NCBI GenBank assembly: GCA_963746845.1
Contig: CAVVCZ010000004.1
Span: forward strand, 512,001-576,000
DNA length: 64,000 nucleotides
From: an uncultured Chloroflexia bacterium
Lineage (GTDB): Bacteria > Chloroflexota > Limnocylindria > Limnocylindrales > CSP1-4
Direction of reading: 5' to 3'
Under the pieces are notes generated by a model. The model was not told the origin of the DNA and ran no database searches. It worked only from the letters and a program-made list of their open reading frames with translations. The first letter of the stretch is position 1; each line of letters starts with the position of its first letter. Below are positions 9,938 to 18,661 of this stretch, one piece after another. Made by a program: the position numbers and the translations under genes.

Positions 9938-9966
9938 TTGCCTCGGCACACCCCGCCGCCTATGGT
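9938..9966 (+). promoter_or_regulatory. sigma70/sigmaA-type promoter for the ncRNA candidate
   Basis: TTGCCT (9938-9943), 17-nt spacer, TATGGT (9961-9966). Confidence 0.6.
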
Positions 9967-9973
9967 TCGTCTT

Positions 9974-10165
9974 GCCCGAAGGGGCCATCGCAAACGGACA
10001 GGCGAGGCGAGGGGTGACCCGCGCAGCGCCGCCGGTCCGGTCGGACGAGTCGCAAGGCGCGTCCCGGTCGTGACCGCCGATCCAGAAGCCGACCGGCCGA
10101 GATCACATCAAGGTTCGTCGCTTCCAGGGTCGCCACCGGGCGGGCTGGTTCCTTCGGGCGTTTTC
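9974..10165 (+). ncRNA. Structured ~185-nt ncRNA, 6S (SsrS)-like candidate
   Basis: 5' GCCCGAAGGGGCCA pairs with 3' TGGTTCCTTCGGGC; nested stems GGTGACCC/GGGTCGCC, AGCG/CGCT, CCGGTCGG/CCGACCGG; GCAA tetraloop; followed by TTTT; preceded by a promoter. Confidence 0.6.
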
Positions 10166-10252
10166 GTGTGTCGGTCGGGGCGCGTTCGGGACCCGCGGGA
10201 TACACTCGGCCGACTGACACGCCCCGCTGAACGCAGGCCGTTGGAGTGCTCG

Positions 10253-10798
10253 ATGAGCCCATCCCCGACAGACTTTCCCGCGGTCGTCGAGGTCGTCGTG
10301 GAGATCCCCCGCGGCAGCCGGAACAAGTACGAGTGGGACGAGACGGCCGGCGTCTTCCGGCTCGATCGCGTGCTCGCGTCGGCGGTCCATTACAACTTCG
10401 ACTACGGGTTCATCAGCGACACCCGCGCGGGTGACGGCGACCACACCGACGCCCTCCTCCTGATCGACGAGCCGACGTTCCCCGGCTGCCGGGTGTGGGC
10501 CCGCCCGATCGGTGGCCTGGAGATGCGCGACGACAAGGGCCCGGACTTCAAGGTCCTGTGCGTCGCCGTCGCGGACCCGCACCAGGCCCACGTCAAGCGG
10601 CTCGACCAGGTCCGGCCCCATCGGCTGGTCGAGATCGAGCACTTCTTCAACACCTACAAGCTGCTCGAAGCGAAGGAGACCGACGTCCTTGGCTGGCGCG
10701 ACGCCGCACGGGCGCGGGAGGTGCTCATCGCCGATCGCGCGATCTGGCGCACGGAGCACGCCGCCGAGCCCGGCGCCGCCGCGGTCCGGCCCGGTTGA
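10253..10798 (+). CDS. ppa: Inorganic pyrophosphatase (family I)
   Basis: VEIPRGSRNKYE, LDRVL, DYGFI, DGDHTDAL, HFFNTYKLLE. Confidence 0.93.
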   Translation: MSPSPTDFPAVVEVVVEIPRGSRNKYEWDETAGVFRLDRVLASAVHYNFDYGFISDTRAGDGDHTDALLLIDEPTFPGCRVWARPIGGLEMRDDKGPDFKVLCVAVADPHQAHVKRLDQVRPHRLVEIEHFFNTYKLLEAKETDVLGWRDAARAREVLIADRAIWRTEHAAEPGAAAVRPG

Positions 10799-11373
10799 TC
10801 GAGGAGCCGCGCCTCTTCATCGCGGCCCCGCTGGACGATGCCGCCCGGGATGCGGTCGAGGCCGTCGTCGCGCCCGTCCGGGCGGGCGAGCCGGAAGGTC
10901 GCGGCGTCCGCTGGGTCCGCTTCGAGGGCCTGCACGTGACGCTCCGGTTCCTCGGCCCGACGCCCGAGTCGCGGGTGGCCGGCCTCGCCGACGCCATCCG
11001 CACGACCGCGACCGGCGAGACCCCCATGACGATCCGGATCTCCGGCGCCGGGGCCTTCCCGCCGCACGGTCGGCCGCGGACGCTGTGGCTCGCGATGACC
11101 GACGGCGTCGACCGCCTGACGGGCGTCGCATCCCGGCTCGATGACGCGCTGGCGGAGGTCGGGTGGGCGCGCGAAACCCGGCCGTTCCGGGCACACCTGA
11201 CGCTCGCACGGGCCGATGGCGTCCGGGCCGGGCCGGCGACCGCGGCGGCCCTGCGCCAGGCCGCGGCCGACATCGCGATCGATGCCGTCCTGGATCGGAT
11301 CGTCCTGTTCGAGAGCATCACCGGATCCGGCCGGGCCCGGTATCTCCCCCGTGCCGAGGCGCCTTTCGGGTGA
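10795..11373 (+). CDS. thpR: RNA 2',3'-cyclic phosphodiesterase (2H family)
   Basis: RLFIA, HVTLRFLG and HLTLAR (two HxT motifs); TTG overlaps the ppa stop. Confidence 0.88.
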   Translation: MIEEPRLFIAAPLDDAARDAVEAVVAPVRAGEPEGRGVRWVRFEGLHVTLRFLGPTPESRVAGLADAIRTTATGETPMTIRISGAGAFPPHGRPRTLWLAMTDGVDRLTGVASRLDDALAEVGWARETRPFRAHLTLARADGVRAGPATAAALRQAAADIAIDAVLDRIVLFESITGSGRARYLPRAEAPFG

Positions 11374-11477
11374 CCCGGCGGCCAGTCCGGCGAGACGGCT
11401 CGGACAGGTCCCGGTGCTACCATCGACAGTCCGCGGAGCGGATTCCCTGATCCCCCGGAAGGAGCCCTCGTCGCACC

Positions 11478-12617
11478 GTGACCCAGACGCAGCGTGGCCG
11501 CCTGGTCGTCGCGTTTGGGATCCTGAATCTCGTCCTGGCAACGGTGGCGCTGACCGCCGGGATCTTCGCGCCGGTGCGGCCGTCGGAGGTCGCCACGGCC
11601 AGCGGGAGCCCGACGTCGACGGCCTCCGACATCGCCGCGAGCATCGCTCCGAGCACCTCCCCGAGCGGTTCGTCGGCCTCATCGAGCCCGGCATCGTCTC
11701 CCTCGTCGGCGACCTCCCCGTCCTCGTCGGCCTCCGGGTCGTTCGCACCGGGTGCGTCCTCGTCGAGCGTCCCGGGTGGCTCGCCCGCGGGATCGCCGAC
11801 GTCGAGACCGGGCGGCCCGACGTCGACACCGGGCGGCCCGACCACGACCCCTCCGTCCGGCCCGACGACCGGCCCGACTGCGACGCCTGGGCCGACGGCG
11901 ACACCTCGCCCGACCGCCACGCCGCGTCCGACGCCGCGTCCGACACCGAGACCCACGCCGCGCCCGATACCGACGCCCAGACCGACCCCGATCCCGACCC
12001 GGACCCCGACGCCGCCGCGCCCGACCCCGACGCCCACCCCACCGCCGAGTGGCGAGCCCAGCGCGCCGCCGAGCGGCCAGCCGACGCCCGTCCCGACCCC
12101 GACGCCCACCCCACCGCCGAGTGGCGAGCCCAGCGCGCCGCCGTCCGGCCAGCCGACCCCGACGCCGACGAACGTCCCGTCGACCGAGCCCTCGAAGGAG
12201 CCGAGCGAGCCGCCGTCGACGGAGCCGTCGAAGGAGCCCACGTCGACGCCGTCGGACGAGCCGACGAGCACGCCGTCGAAGGAGCCCACGTCGACGCCGT
12301 CGGACGAGCCGACGAGCACGCCGTCGGACGAGCCGACGAGCACGCCGAGCGAGCCAGAGGACTCCGCAACGCCGTCCCGACGCCCGCCACACTCGCACCC
12401 GCCGTGCGAGGGGACGGCTCAGGGAGGATCCGGCTACCGCGACACCGCCGACCCATCGTCGGGCTCGTGCGCGCCCGGCGGGCATGACGACGAGTCATCC
12501 CACGGGATCGTGCTGGTGCCGTTCCTGCTGGGGAGCGGGTTGCTGACGCTGACGACCCGGATCCGGCGGCGGGGTCGCCAGGTGGGGCGGCGTCGGCGCG
12601 CGCGGTCCCGCGCCTGA
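11478..12617 (+). CDS. Pro/Ser/Thr-rich low-complexity membrane or surface protein
   Basis: GTG after AAGGAG; N-terminal hydrophobic helix; long PT/PS repeats; C-terminal hydrophobic helix followed by an Arg-rich tail. Confidence 0.65.
   Translation: MTQTQRGRLVVAFGILNLVLATVALTAGIFAPVRPSEVATASGSPTSTASDIAASIAPSTSPSGSSASSSPASSPSSATSPSSSASGSFAPGASSSSVPGGSPAGSPTSRPGGPTSTPGGPTTTPPSGPTTGPTATPGPTATPRPTATPRPTPRPTPRPTPRPIPTPRPTPIPTRTPTPPRPTPTPTPPPSGEPSAPPSGQPTPVPTPTPTPPPSGEPSAPPSGQPTPTPTNVPSTEPSKEPSEPPSTEPSKEPTSTPSDEPTSTPSKEPTSTPSDEPTSTPSDEPTSTPSEPEDSATPSRRPPHSHPPCEGTAQGGSGYRDTADPSSGSCAPGGHDDESSHGIVLVPFLLGSGLLTLTTRIRRRGRQVGRRRRARSRA
12021..12350 (+). repeat. In-frame tandem repeats: 72-bp unit x2, then 24/48-bp units
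   Basis: PTPTPTPPPSGEPSAPPSGQPTP twice (starting 12021 and 12093); PS(K/D)EPTST units repeated. Confidence 0.85.
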
Positions 12618-12656
12618 CGCGGTCGGGCAACGGGCCGTTGTCCCGAGAAACAATGG

Positions 12657-12691
12657 AGCGGGTCGCTCCGGGGGGAGCGGAGCGACCCGCT
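12657..12691. terminator. Perfect 14-bp inverted repeat within a hairpin cluster
   Basis: AGCGGGTCGCTCCG-gggggag-CGGAGCGACCCGCT. Confidence 0.55.
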
Positions 12692-12858
12692 GGGCGGTCA
12701 CCTGCCCGAGTGACCGGCCGGTCGCCCGAAGGCGAACCCGGGTCGATTGTTCCCGCTGGCCCCCATGCGCGGCATCACGCAAGCGACGTAAAGATCATTC
12801 AGGCCGTCAGTCGGATCGGTGGAGATTCCTGAACGTTCGCCTCGATTACGATGCGTGA

Positions 12859-13110
12859 ATGCCAAGGCTTGCCTGTTGGGCGTGCGGTCGACAGATCTGG
12901 ACGACCGTTCCGCTCGAGTCCCTGTTCGCCGAGGAGCGCCGGTGTCCCCGCTGTGGAGCGTTCCTCAGCCAGGAGCGGCGGGAGACCGATCGACGGACGT
13001 CCAATCGACGCCAGAACCCGGACAACGACCCCGGACCGCCGGCTGGCGTGGAGGAGCGCCGGGTCGAGGATCGCCGGAAGGAGCGACGACGCCGGTCGGT
13101 CAGCTCGTGA
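12859..13110 (+). CDS. Small zinc-ribbon protein with ERRxxDRR repeats
   Basis: CWAC...CPRC; ERRETDRRTSNRR and ERRVEDRRKERRR; TACGAT 6 nt before the ATG (leaderless). Confidence 0.7.
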   Translation: MPRLACWACGRQIWTTVPLESLFAEERRCPRCGAFLSQERRETDRRTSNRRQNPDNDPGPPAGVEERRVEDRRKERRRRSVSS

Positions 13111-13789
13111 CCGGGTCGGTCGGGCGGGGCGGCTCGACGAGCCCGTAGCGGAGGGCGAACGCCACCGCCTCGAGCTTCGAGTGCACGCGGAGCTTGCCCA
13201 TGATGTTCTGGACGTGCGTCCGGAGCGTGTTCGGGGCGATGAACAGGCGCGCGCAGATCTCCGGTGTCGACAGGCCCTCGGTCAGCGCCCGGAGTACGTC
13301 CAGCTCCCGGGGCGTCAACGGCTCGATCACGCGTCGCTCGTCGGTCCGCTCGCGGGCCACCGCGACGCGGCGGGCGATCTCCACGGTCACCGATCGGGGG
13401 AGGAGCGTCTCCCCGGCATCCGCGGCACGGACCGCGAGCACGACCTCCTCCGCCGCCCGATCCTTCGTCAGATAGCCGTCCGCACCCGCCTGGATCGAGT
13501 CGAGCACCGTCTCGTCGTCGGTCAGGGCCGTGACCATGACAACGCGTGCATTCGGCCAGCGCGTCTTGATCAGCCGCGTGGCGTCGGCGCCGGTCCCGTC
13601 GGGGAGGTGGTAGTCCATCAGGACGACGTCGGGTCGCTCGCGGGAGAGCTCCTTCGCCTCCGCGACCGTGCCGGCGATGCCCATGACCTCGATGTCGGGC
13701 TCGCGGGCGAGCATGGCCGAGAGGGAGTCCGCGAGGAGCCGATGGTCCTCGACGAAGAGGACCCGGATGCGCCGTCCGTCGGCGCTCAT
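13100..13789 (-). CDS. NarL/LuxR-family response regulator
   Basis: IRVLFVEDH, PDVVLMDYHLP, GADGYLTK, LTPRELDVL...TLRTHVQNIMGKL. Start uncertain. Confidence 0.92.
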   Translation of the reverse strand: MSADGRRIRVLFVEDHRLLADSLSAMLAREPDIEVMGIAGTVAEAKELSRERPDVVLMDYHLPDGTGADATRLIKTRWPNARVVMVTALTDDETVLDSIQAGADGYLTKDRAAEEVVLAVRAADAGETLLPRSVTVEIARRVAVARERTDERRVIEPLTPRELDVLRALTEGLSTPEICARLFIAPNTLRTHVQNIMGKLRVHSKLEAVAFALRYGLVEPPRPTDPVTS

Positions 13790-13914
13790 CGGAAGCGGCT
13801 CCGAACCGACGCCACGTCCCCCCTCCATCGATCGGTGCGTGACCGACCAGCCTGCCGGCACCGGCACGTCGCGCTCGAGGATACCAGCGCCGAACGGGCT
13901 GACATACTCCATGG

Positions 13915-14745
13915 GTGCGGGTGGCGATGCTGGGGCTGGGGCTGATCGGGGGGTCCGTCGCGCGGGCGGCGATCGGCGCCGGGATGACCGTTCGGGCGTG
14001 GACGCCCGCCGGCGCGGGCCCGCGCCTTGCCGTCGACGACGGCATCGCACCGGCGGCGAGCCCCGACGAGGCGGTGGACGGCGCCGACCTCGTCGTGCTC
14101 GCGGCACCGCCGCTCGCGACGCTCGACCTGATCGACGAGCTGGGCGCCGCGGCGCGGCTGGCCCCGGACGTCGTCGTGACCGACGTGACGAGCACGAAGG
14201 TCGCGATCGTGGATCGGGCCCGCGCTGCCGGTCTCCGGTTCGTCGGCGGTCATCCGCTCGCCGGCCGGGAGACCACCGGATACGCGGCGTCGGAGCCGGA
14301 CCTGTTCGTGGATCGGCCGTGGGTGATCGTGCCGCCCGATCCGCCCGACACCGACGCCGAGACCCGGGTCGAGACGCTGGTCGCCGCCTGTGGCGCGCGG
14401 CCGGTCCGGATGAGCGCCGTCGCCCACGACCGGGCGGTCGCGGCGATCAGCCATCTGCCGCTGCTCGTCGCTGCGGCGCTGACAGAGACCGTCGCCGGGT
14501 CGGCCGACTGGGAGGTCGCCCGGGGTCTCGCGGCCGGCGGTTGGGCGAGCATGACGCGTCTCGCCCGGGGCGATGCCGGGATGGGGGCCGGCATCCTCGC
14601 GACGAACCACGCGGAAGTGGCCGCGAGGCTGCGCGAGCTCGTGGCGACGCTCGACGCCTGGGGGGCGGATCTCGAGCGGGCGGACGCGGACACCCTGCGC
14701 GACCGTCTCGCCGCCGCTCGGACGGCCCTCGGACAGTCGGGATGA
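13915..14745 (+). CDS. tyrA: Prephenate dehydrogenase
   Basis: GLGLIGGS, TDVTSTK, FVGGHPLAG, HDRAVAAISHLP, MTRLA. Confidence 0.85.
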   Translation: MRVAMLGLGLIGGSVARAAIGAGMTVRAWTPAGAGPRLAVDDGIAPAASPDEAVDGADLVVLAAPPLATLDLIDELGAAARLAPDVVVTDVTSTKVAIVDRARAAGLRFVGGHPLAGRETTGYAASEPDLFVDRPWVIVPPDPPDTDAETRVETLVAACGARPVRMSAVAHDRAVAAISHLPLLVAAALTETVAGSADWEVARGLAAGGWASMTRLARGDAGMGAGILATNHAEVAARLRELVATLDAWGADLERADADTLRDRLAAARTALGQSG

Positions 14746-15353
14746 CCGACGAGCTGGTCCTCGTCGTGCCGACGGCCGATCTCCTCGATGAGGTCGCCGA
14801 CGGGGCGTCCTGGCTCGGGATCCGGCCGGCCGGGGCGGATCGGCTCGGCGAGCTGATCCGGCGCCGGGGCGCGTTCCGGCCGCGGTCCGCCATGGAGGCA
14901 GACGAGACGTGGAAGCAGGTCATCCCGTACCCCGTCCTTCGCGACGGCGACGCCTGGTTCCTCATGCGCCGGACGAAGGCCGGTGGTGACGCCCGACTGC
15001 ATGACCGCTACTCCATCGGCGTCGGCGGTCACGTGAACCCCGAGGACGGCGGGCTCGACGGCGACCTCATGGCGGCGCTCCGCCGGGAGTGGCTCGAGGA
15101 GCTCGCCGTGGACTTCGTCCCGGAGTTCCGGTTCGTCGGGCTCCTCAACGACGATTCGACCGCGGTCGGGCGCGTGCACGTCGGGCTGGTGTACGAGGCC
15201 GACGCGGCCGGCCGCCCGGTCACGATCCGCGAGACCGACAAGCTGAGTGGCGCGTTCGTGCCGGCGGCCGAGGTCGAGGCGGTCGCGGATCGCCTCGAGA
15301 CGTGGAGCCTCCTCGCGTTCGAGTTCCTCGCCGCGCGACCCGCGCTACGATGA
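14742..15353 (+). CDS. NUDIX-family predicted phosphoesterase
   Basis: KQVIPY, RLHDRYSIGVGGHVNP, LRREWLEEL, VGRVHVG. Confidence 0.82.
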   Translation: MTDELVLVVPTADLLDEVADGASWLGIRPAGADRLGELIRRRGAFRPRSAMEADETWKQVIPYPVLRDGDAWFLMRRTKAGGDARLHDRYSIGVGGHVNPEDGGLDGDLMAALRREWLEELAVDFVPEFRFVGLLNDDSTAVGRVHVGLVYEADAAGRPVTIRETDKLSGAFVPAAEVEAVADRLETWSLLAFEFLAARPALR

Positions 15354-15369
15354 TCCGCGGAGGTTCCCG

Positions 15370-16716
15370 GTGAGCCACCGTCTCGGTCACCGCCGGTTCG
15401 CGGCAGCGGCGCTCCTCGCGGGCGCAGGGCTCGTGGCATTCGCATCGACGTCCGTCGGCGCGGCGACGGCGGGCGCCGTCCTCGTCGCCCCGACCACCGG
15501 CGAGGTCGACGCGGCGATGGCGACGAGCATCAAGAACGCCCTCAGCACCGCCGCCGACAGCCAGGCGGCCGCCCTCGTGATCAAGCTCAACACGCCCGGC
15601 GGCAGCCTCGACGCGATGATGGACATCGTGTCCTCGATCCTCGAGGCCCACGTCCCGGTCATCGTCTGGGTCGCCCCGTCCGGCGGGTTCGCCGCCAGCG
15701 CGGGGACCTTCATCACCCTCTCCGCCAACCTGTCCTACATGGCGCCGGGGACCCGGATCGGCGCGGCGTCGCCCGTGGACTCGAACGGCCAGGACATCAC
15801 CGGGACGATGGGCGAGAAGGTCCGCAACGACGCGATCGCCTTCATCCGCTCGATCGCGGAGACCCGCGGCCGCCCGGTCGACTGGGCGGCCTCGACCGTC
15901 AGCGAGGCGCGCTCGTCGTCCGCCGTCGAGGCCGTGTCCCTCGGGGTCGTCGACGGGATCGCGGCGACGATCGATCAGGTCGTCGCGCAGGCGAACGGCA
16001 AGGTCGTGAAGGTCCAGGGCCAGGACGTCACGCTGGCGCTGACGGGCGCCCCGATCGAGGAGCTCGGCTCGAACCCGCTCGGCGGCATCGTCGGGCTGCT
16101 CGCGAACCCGAACGTTGCCTTCCTCCTGTTCACCGTCGGCGTGCTCGCACTGCTGTTCGAGATCCAGAACCCGAGCGTCCTCGTCGGGATCTTCGGCGTC
16201 ATCGCGATCGTCCTGTCGCTCGTCGGGTTCGCCAACCTGCCGACGAACGTCGTCGGGCTCGTCCTGCTCGGGATCGGGCTCGTGCTGTTCGCTCTCGAGC
16301 CGTTCGTGCCGAGCCACGGCCTGCTCACGATCGGCGGCCTGGCCGCGTTCATCGTCGGCGGCTCGATCCTGTTCAACGAGCCCGTGCCGGGCGCGCCGGA
16401 CGTGCGCGTCGGACTCCCGCTCCTGATCACGGCCGGTGTCGCGGGCGCGGCGTTCGGACTCCTGATCACGGCGGTCGCGATCCGCACCCGCCGGATGGCG
16501 AGCCCGGAGAGCACGCAGCCCGCGACCGTTCCCGTCGGAACGATCGGCGAGGTGGAGCTACCGCTGACGCCGCTCGGCTCGATCCGCGCCAGCGGCGAGG
16601 AATGGTCGGCCCGGACGGCCGACGATCGGCCGCTGGAACGTGGGACGTCGATCCGCGTCATCGGATCGGACGGCCTGACGGTGCTCGTCGAACCCGAGTC
16701 CGGCGCACTACCCTGA
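15370..16716 (+). CDS. nfeD: NfeD family membrane-bound serine protease (long form)
   Basis: LNTPGG, AASAG (catalytic Ser), IGAASP, several TM helices, C-terminal OB fold (GEEWSAR). Confidence 0.9.
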   Translation: MSHRLGHRRFAAAALLAGAGLVAFASTSVGAATAGAVLVAPTTGEVDAAMATSIKNALSTAADSQAAALVIKLNTPGGSLDAMMDIVSSILEAHVPVIVWVAPSGGFAASAGTFITLSANLSYMAPGTRIGAASPVDSNGQDITGTMGEKVRNDAIAFIRSIAETRGRPVDWAASTVSEARSSSAVEAVSLGVVDGIAATIDQVVAQANGKVVKVQGQDVTLALTGAPIEELGSNPLGGIVGLLANPNVAFLLFTVGVLALLFEIQNPSVLVGIFGVIAIVLSLVGFANLPTNVVGLVLLGIGLVLFALEPFVPSHGLLTIGGLAAFIVGGSILFNEPVPGAPDVRVGLPLLITAGVAGAAFGLLITAVAIRTRRMASPESTQPATVPVGTIGEVELPLTPLGSIRASGEEWSARTADDRPLERGTSIRVIGSDGLTVLVEPESGALP

Positions 16717-16739
16717 TCCCGTCACCCTAGGAGGCATCC

Positions 16740-17669
16740 GTGGAGCTCGTCATCGCCCTCGCGACCCTGGCGTTCGTCGTCGTGGTCCTGCTGGTCATCC
16801 TGTACCTGTCGGTCCGGGTGGTCCAGCAGTACGAGAAGATGCTCGTCTTCCGCCTCGGCCGGACGAACGAATCGATGGTTCGCGAGCCGGGACTCCGGTT
16901 CCTCGTCCCCGTCATCGACCGGCCGGTCAAGGTCGACATCCGCGAGCAGTTCATCGAGGTCCCGAGCCAGACGACGATCACGAAGGACAACGCCCCGATC
17001 AACGTCGACTTCCTGATCTACTGGCGGATCGTCGACCCGCTCCGGAGCGTGGTCAACGTGGCCAACTTCGCCGGGGCGCTTCAGGGCGTGGCGACCACGA
17101 CGCTCCGAGCCGTGATCGGCGACATCTCGCTCGACGAGGTCCTGTCCAAGCGCGACCAGATCAACGAGCTCCTCCGCGTCAAGCTCGACGAGCAGACCGA
17201 GCGCTGGGGTGGCAAGGTCACGACCGTCGAGATCCGCGAGATCATCCCGCCGCGCGACGTCCAGGACGCGATGAACCGTCAGCTGACCGCCGAGCGAACG
17301 CGGCGAGCCGTCGTCACCGAGTCGGAAGGCAACCGCCAGGCGGCCATCAACGTGGCCGAGGGCCAGAAGCAGTCGGAGATCCTCAAGGCCGAGGGCGAGC
17401 GGCAGGCCGCGATCCTTCGGGCGGAGGGCTTCAGCCAGGCCCTGACCCGGATCTTCAGTGCCGCCGCGGGCGTCGACGAGAAGACGATGGCGCTCCAGTA
17501 CCTCGAGGCCCTCAAGGCGCTCGGGGCAAGCCCGTCGACGAAGTTCATCATCCCGGCGGAGCTCAACCGGCTGCTCGAGTCGACGGCGGGGTACATCCAG
17601 GTCGGGATGGCCCCACGACCGAGCGGCGGCGGGAGCCTCCCCGGCGGGTCGGAGACGGCCGGGCGGTGA
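16740..17669 (+). CDS. SPFH/stomatin (band 7) protein
   Basis: N-terminal TM, FRLGR, ITKDN, TTLRAVIG, AERTRRA, LQYLEAL; canonical nfeD-SPFH pair. Confidence 0.93.
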   Translation: MELVIALATLAFVVVVLLVILYLSVRVVQQYEKMLVFRLGRTNESMVREPGLRFLVPVIDRPVKVDIREQFIEVPSQTTITKDNAPINVDFLIYWRIVDPLRSVVNVANFAGALQGVATTTLRAVIGDISLDEVLSKRDQINELLRVKLDEQTERWGGKVTTVEIREIIPPRDVQDAMNRQLTAERTRRAVVTESEGNRQAAINVAEGQKQSEILKAEGERQAAILRAEGFSQALTRIFSAAAGVDEKTMALQYLEALKALGASPSTKFIIPAELNRLLESTAGYIQVGMAPRPSGGGSLPGGSETAGR

Positions 17670-18661
17670 TCGGGCCCTCCGCGACGCGGATCCTGGACGC
17701 GCCGCGGTACGGTCCGGACGAAGCCGGCCTCAAGCCGGCGATCGACGCGCTCGGCGGCGAGGTCGTCCGGCTCCGGGCGCGCGACGGCGTCAAGCTCCAC
17801 GCGCGCTGGCTCCCCGCGGAGCCCGAGGCGGACTGGAAGACCGATCCGTACGAGGCGATCCTGCTGCTCCACGGCTGGACGGGCTCGGTCGCGCCCGACC
17901 TCGTCGAGCTCGGCCCGTCGCTGCGTCGGACGGCCGGCGTCCTCGGCCTCGACTTCCGCGGGCATGGCGGATCGGATCCGTCGCCCACGACGTTCGGGCT
18001 GCGCGAGATCGAGGACGTCGCGGGCGCCATCGACTGGCTCGGTGAGCGGGGGATCCGTCGCGTGGCCCTGATCGGCTCATCGATGGGTGGTGTCGTCGCC
18101 ATCGCCTCGATCGTCGCGCTGGGGGACGGATCCCTCGCGGCCGCCGACCACGATCCGCACGGCCCGGCGGCGAGCATCGACGCGCCGCGACCGGCGATCG
18201 TCGCGGTCGTGGCCGAATCGGTCGCCCCGGACCTCCGGATCCCGATCGCCAACCGGATCCCGTACCCGATCGGTGGCCCGTTGCGCCGCGCCCTGGCGGG
18301 CCGGATGTTCGACGCCGCGTCGGCCGAGATGGGCGGCGATCTCCGGGCGATGGAGCCGGGGCGGGTCGTCGCGCTCGTCGAGCCCGTGCCGCTCCTGCTG
18401 GTCCATGGAACGGCCGACCGGACCGTGCCGCCGGCGGACGGGCGCCGGCTCGCGGCAATGGCCGGACCGAGCGCGGAGCACTGGGAAGTGCCGGGCGCAG
18501 ACCATGGCCAAGCACACCGGACCGCACCGGCGCAATGGGACGATCGGGTGGGGGGATTCCTCCGTCAGGCGTTCTTCGGAGCGCGGGACGACCGCGCTAT
18601 GATCGCCCCGCCGGTCGACGAGACCGACTCCCTCGTGTCGAGGGGCCAGGAAGGAGTCTGA
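17666..18661 (+). CDS. Alpha/beta hydrolase
   Basis: LLHGWTG, DFRGHGGS, GSSMGG nucleophile elbow, VHGTADRTV, GADH. Confidence 0.88.
   Translation: MIGPSATRILDAPRYGPDEAGLKPAIDALGGEVVRLRARDGVKLHARWLPAEPEADWKTDPYEAILLLHGWTGSVAPDLVELGPSLRRTAGVLGLDFRGHGGSDPSPTTFGLREIEDVAGAIDWLGERGIRRVALIGSSMGGVVAIASIVALGDGSLAAADHDPHGPAASIDAPRPAIVAVVAESVAPDLRIPIANRIPYPIGGPLRRALAGRMFDAASAEMGGDLRAMEPGRVVALVEPVPLLLVHGTADRTVPPADGRRLAAMAGPSAEHWEVPGADHGQAHRTAPAQWDDRVGGFLRQAFFGARDDRAMIAPPVDETDSLVSRGQEGV

Noticed and set aside
9850-9940. Chromosomal replication origin
   Set aside because: Only four imperfect boxes, no clear AT-rich unwinding element and no dnaA/dnaN; kept only as a regulatory-site candidate.
9985-10045. 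c-di-GMP-I riboswitch (GCAAAC... resemblance)
   Set aside because: Lacks the GNRA-loop/receptor P2-P3 arrangement; end-to-end pairing of the whole region fits a stand-alone RNA better.
12021-12350. Tandem repeats as a possible CRISPR array
   Set aside because: Units are multiples of 3, contiguous, lack unique spacers and encode Pro/Thr/Ser repeats; no cas genes.
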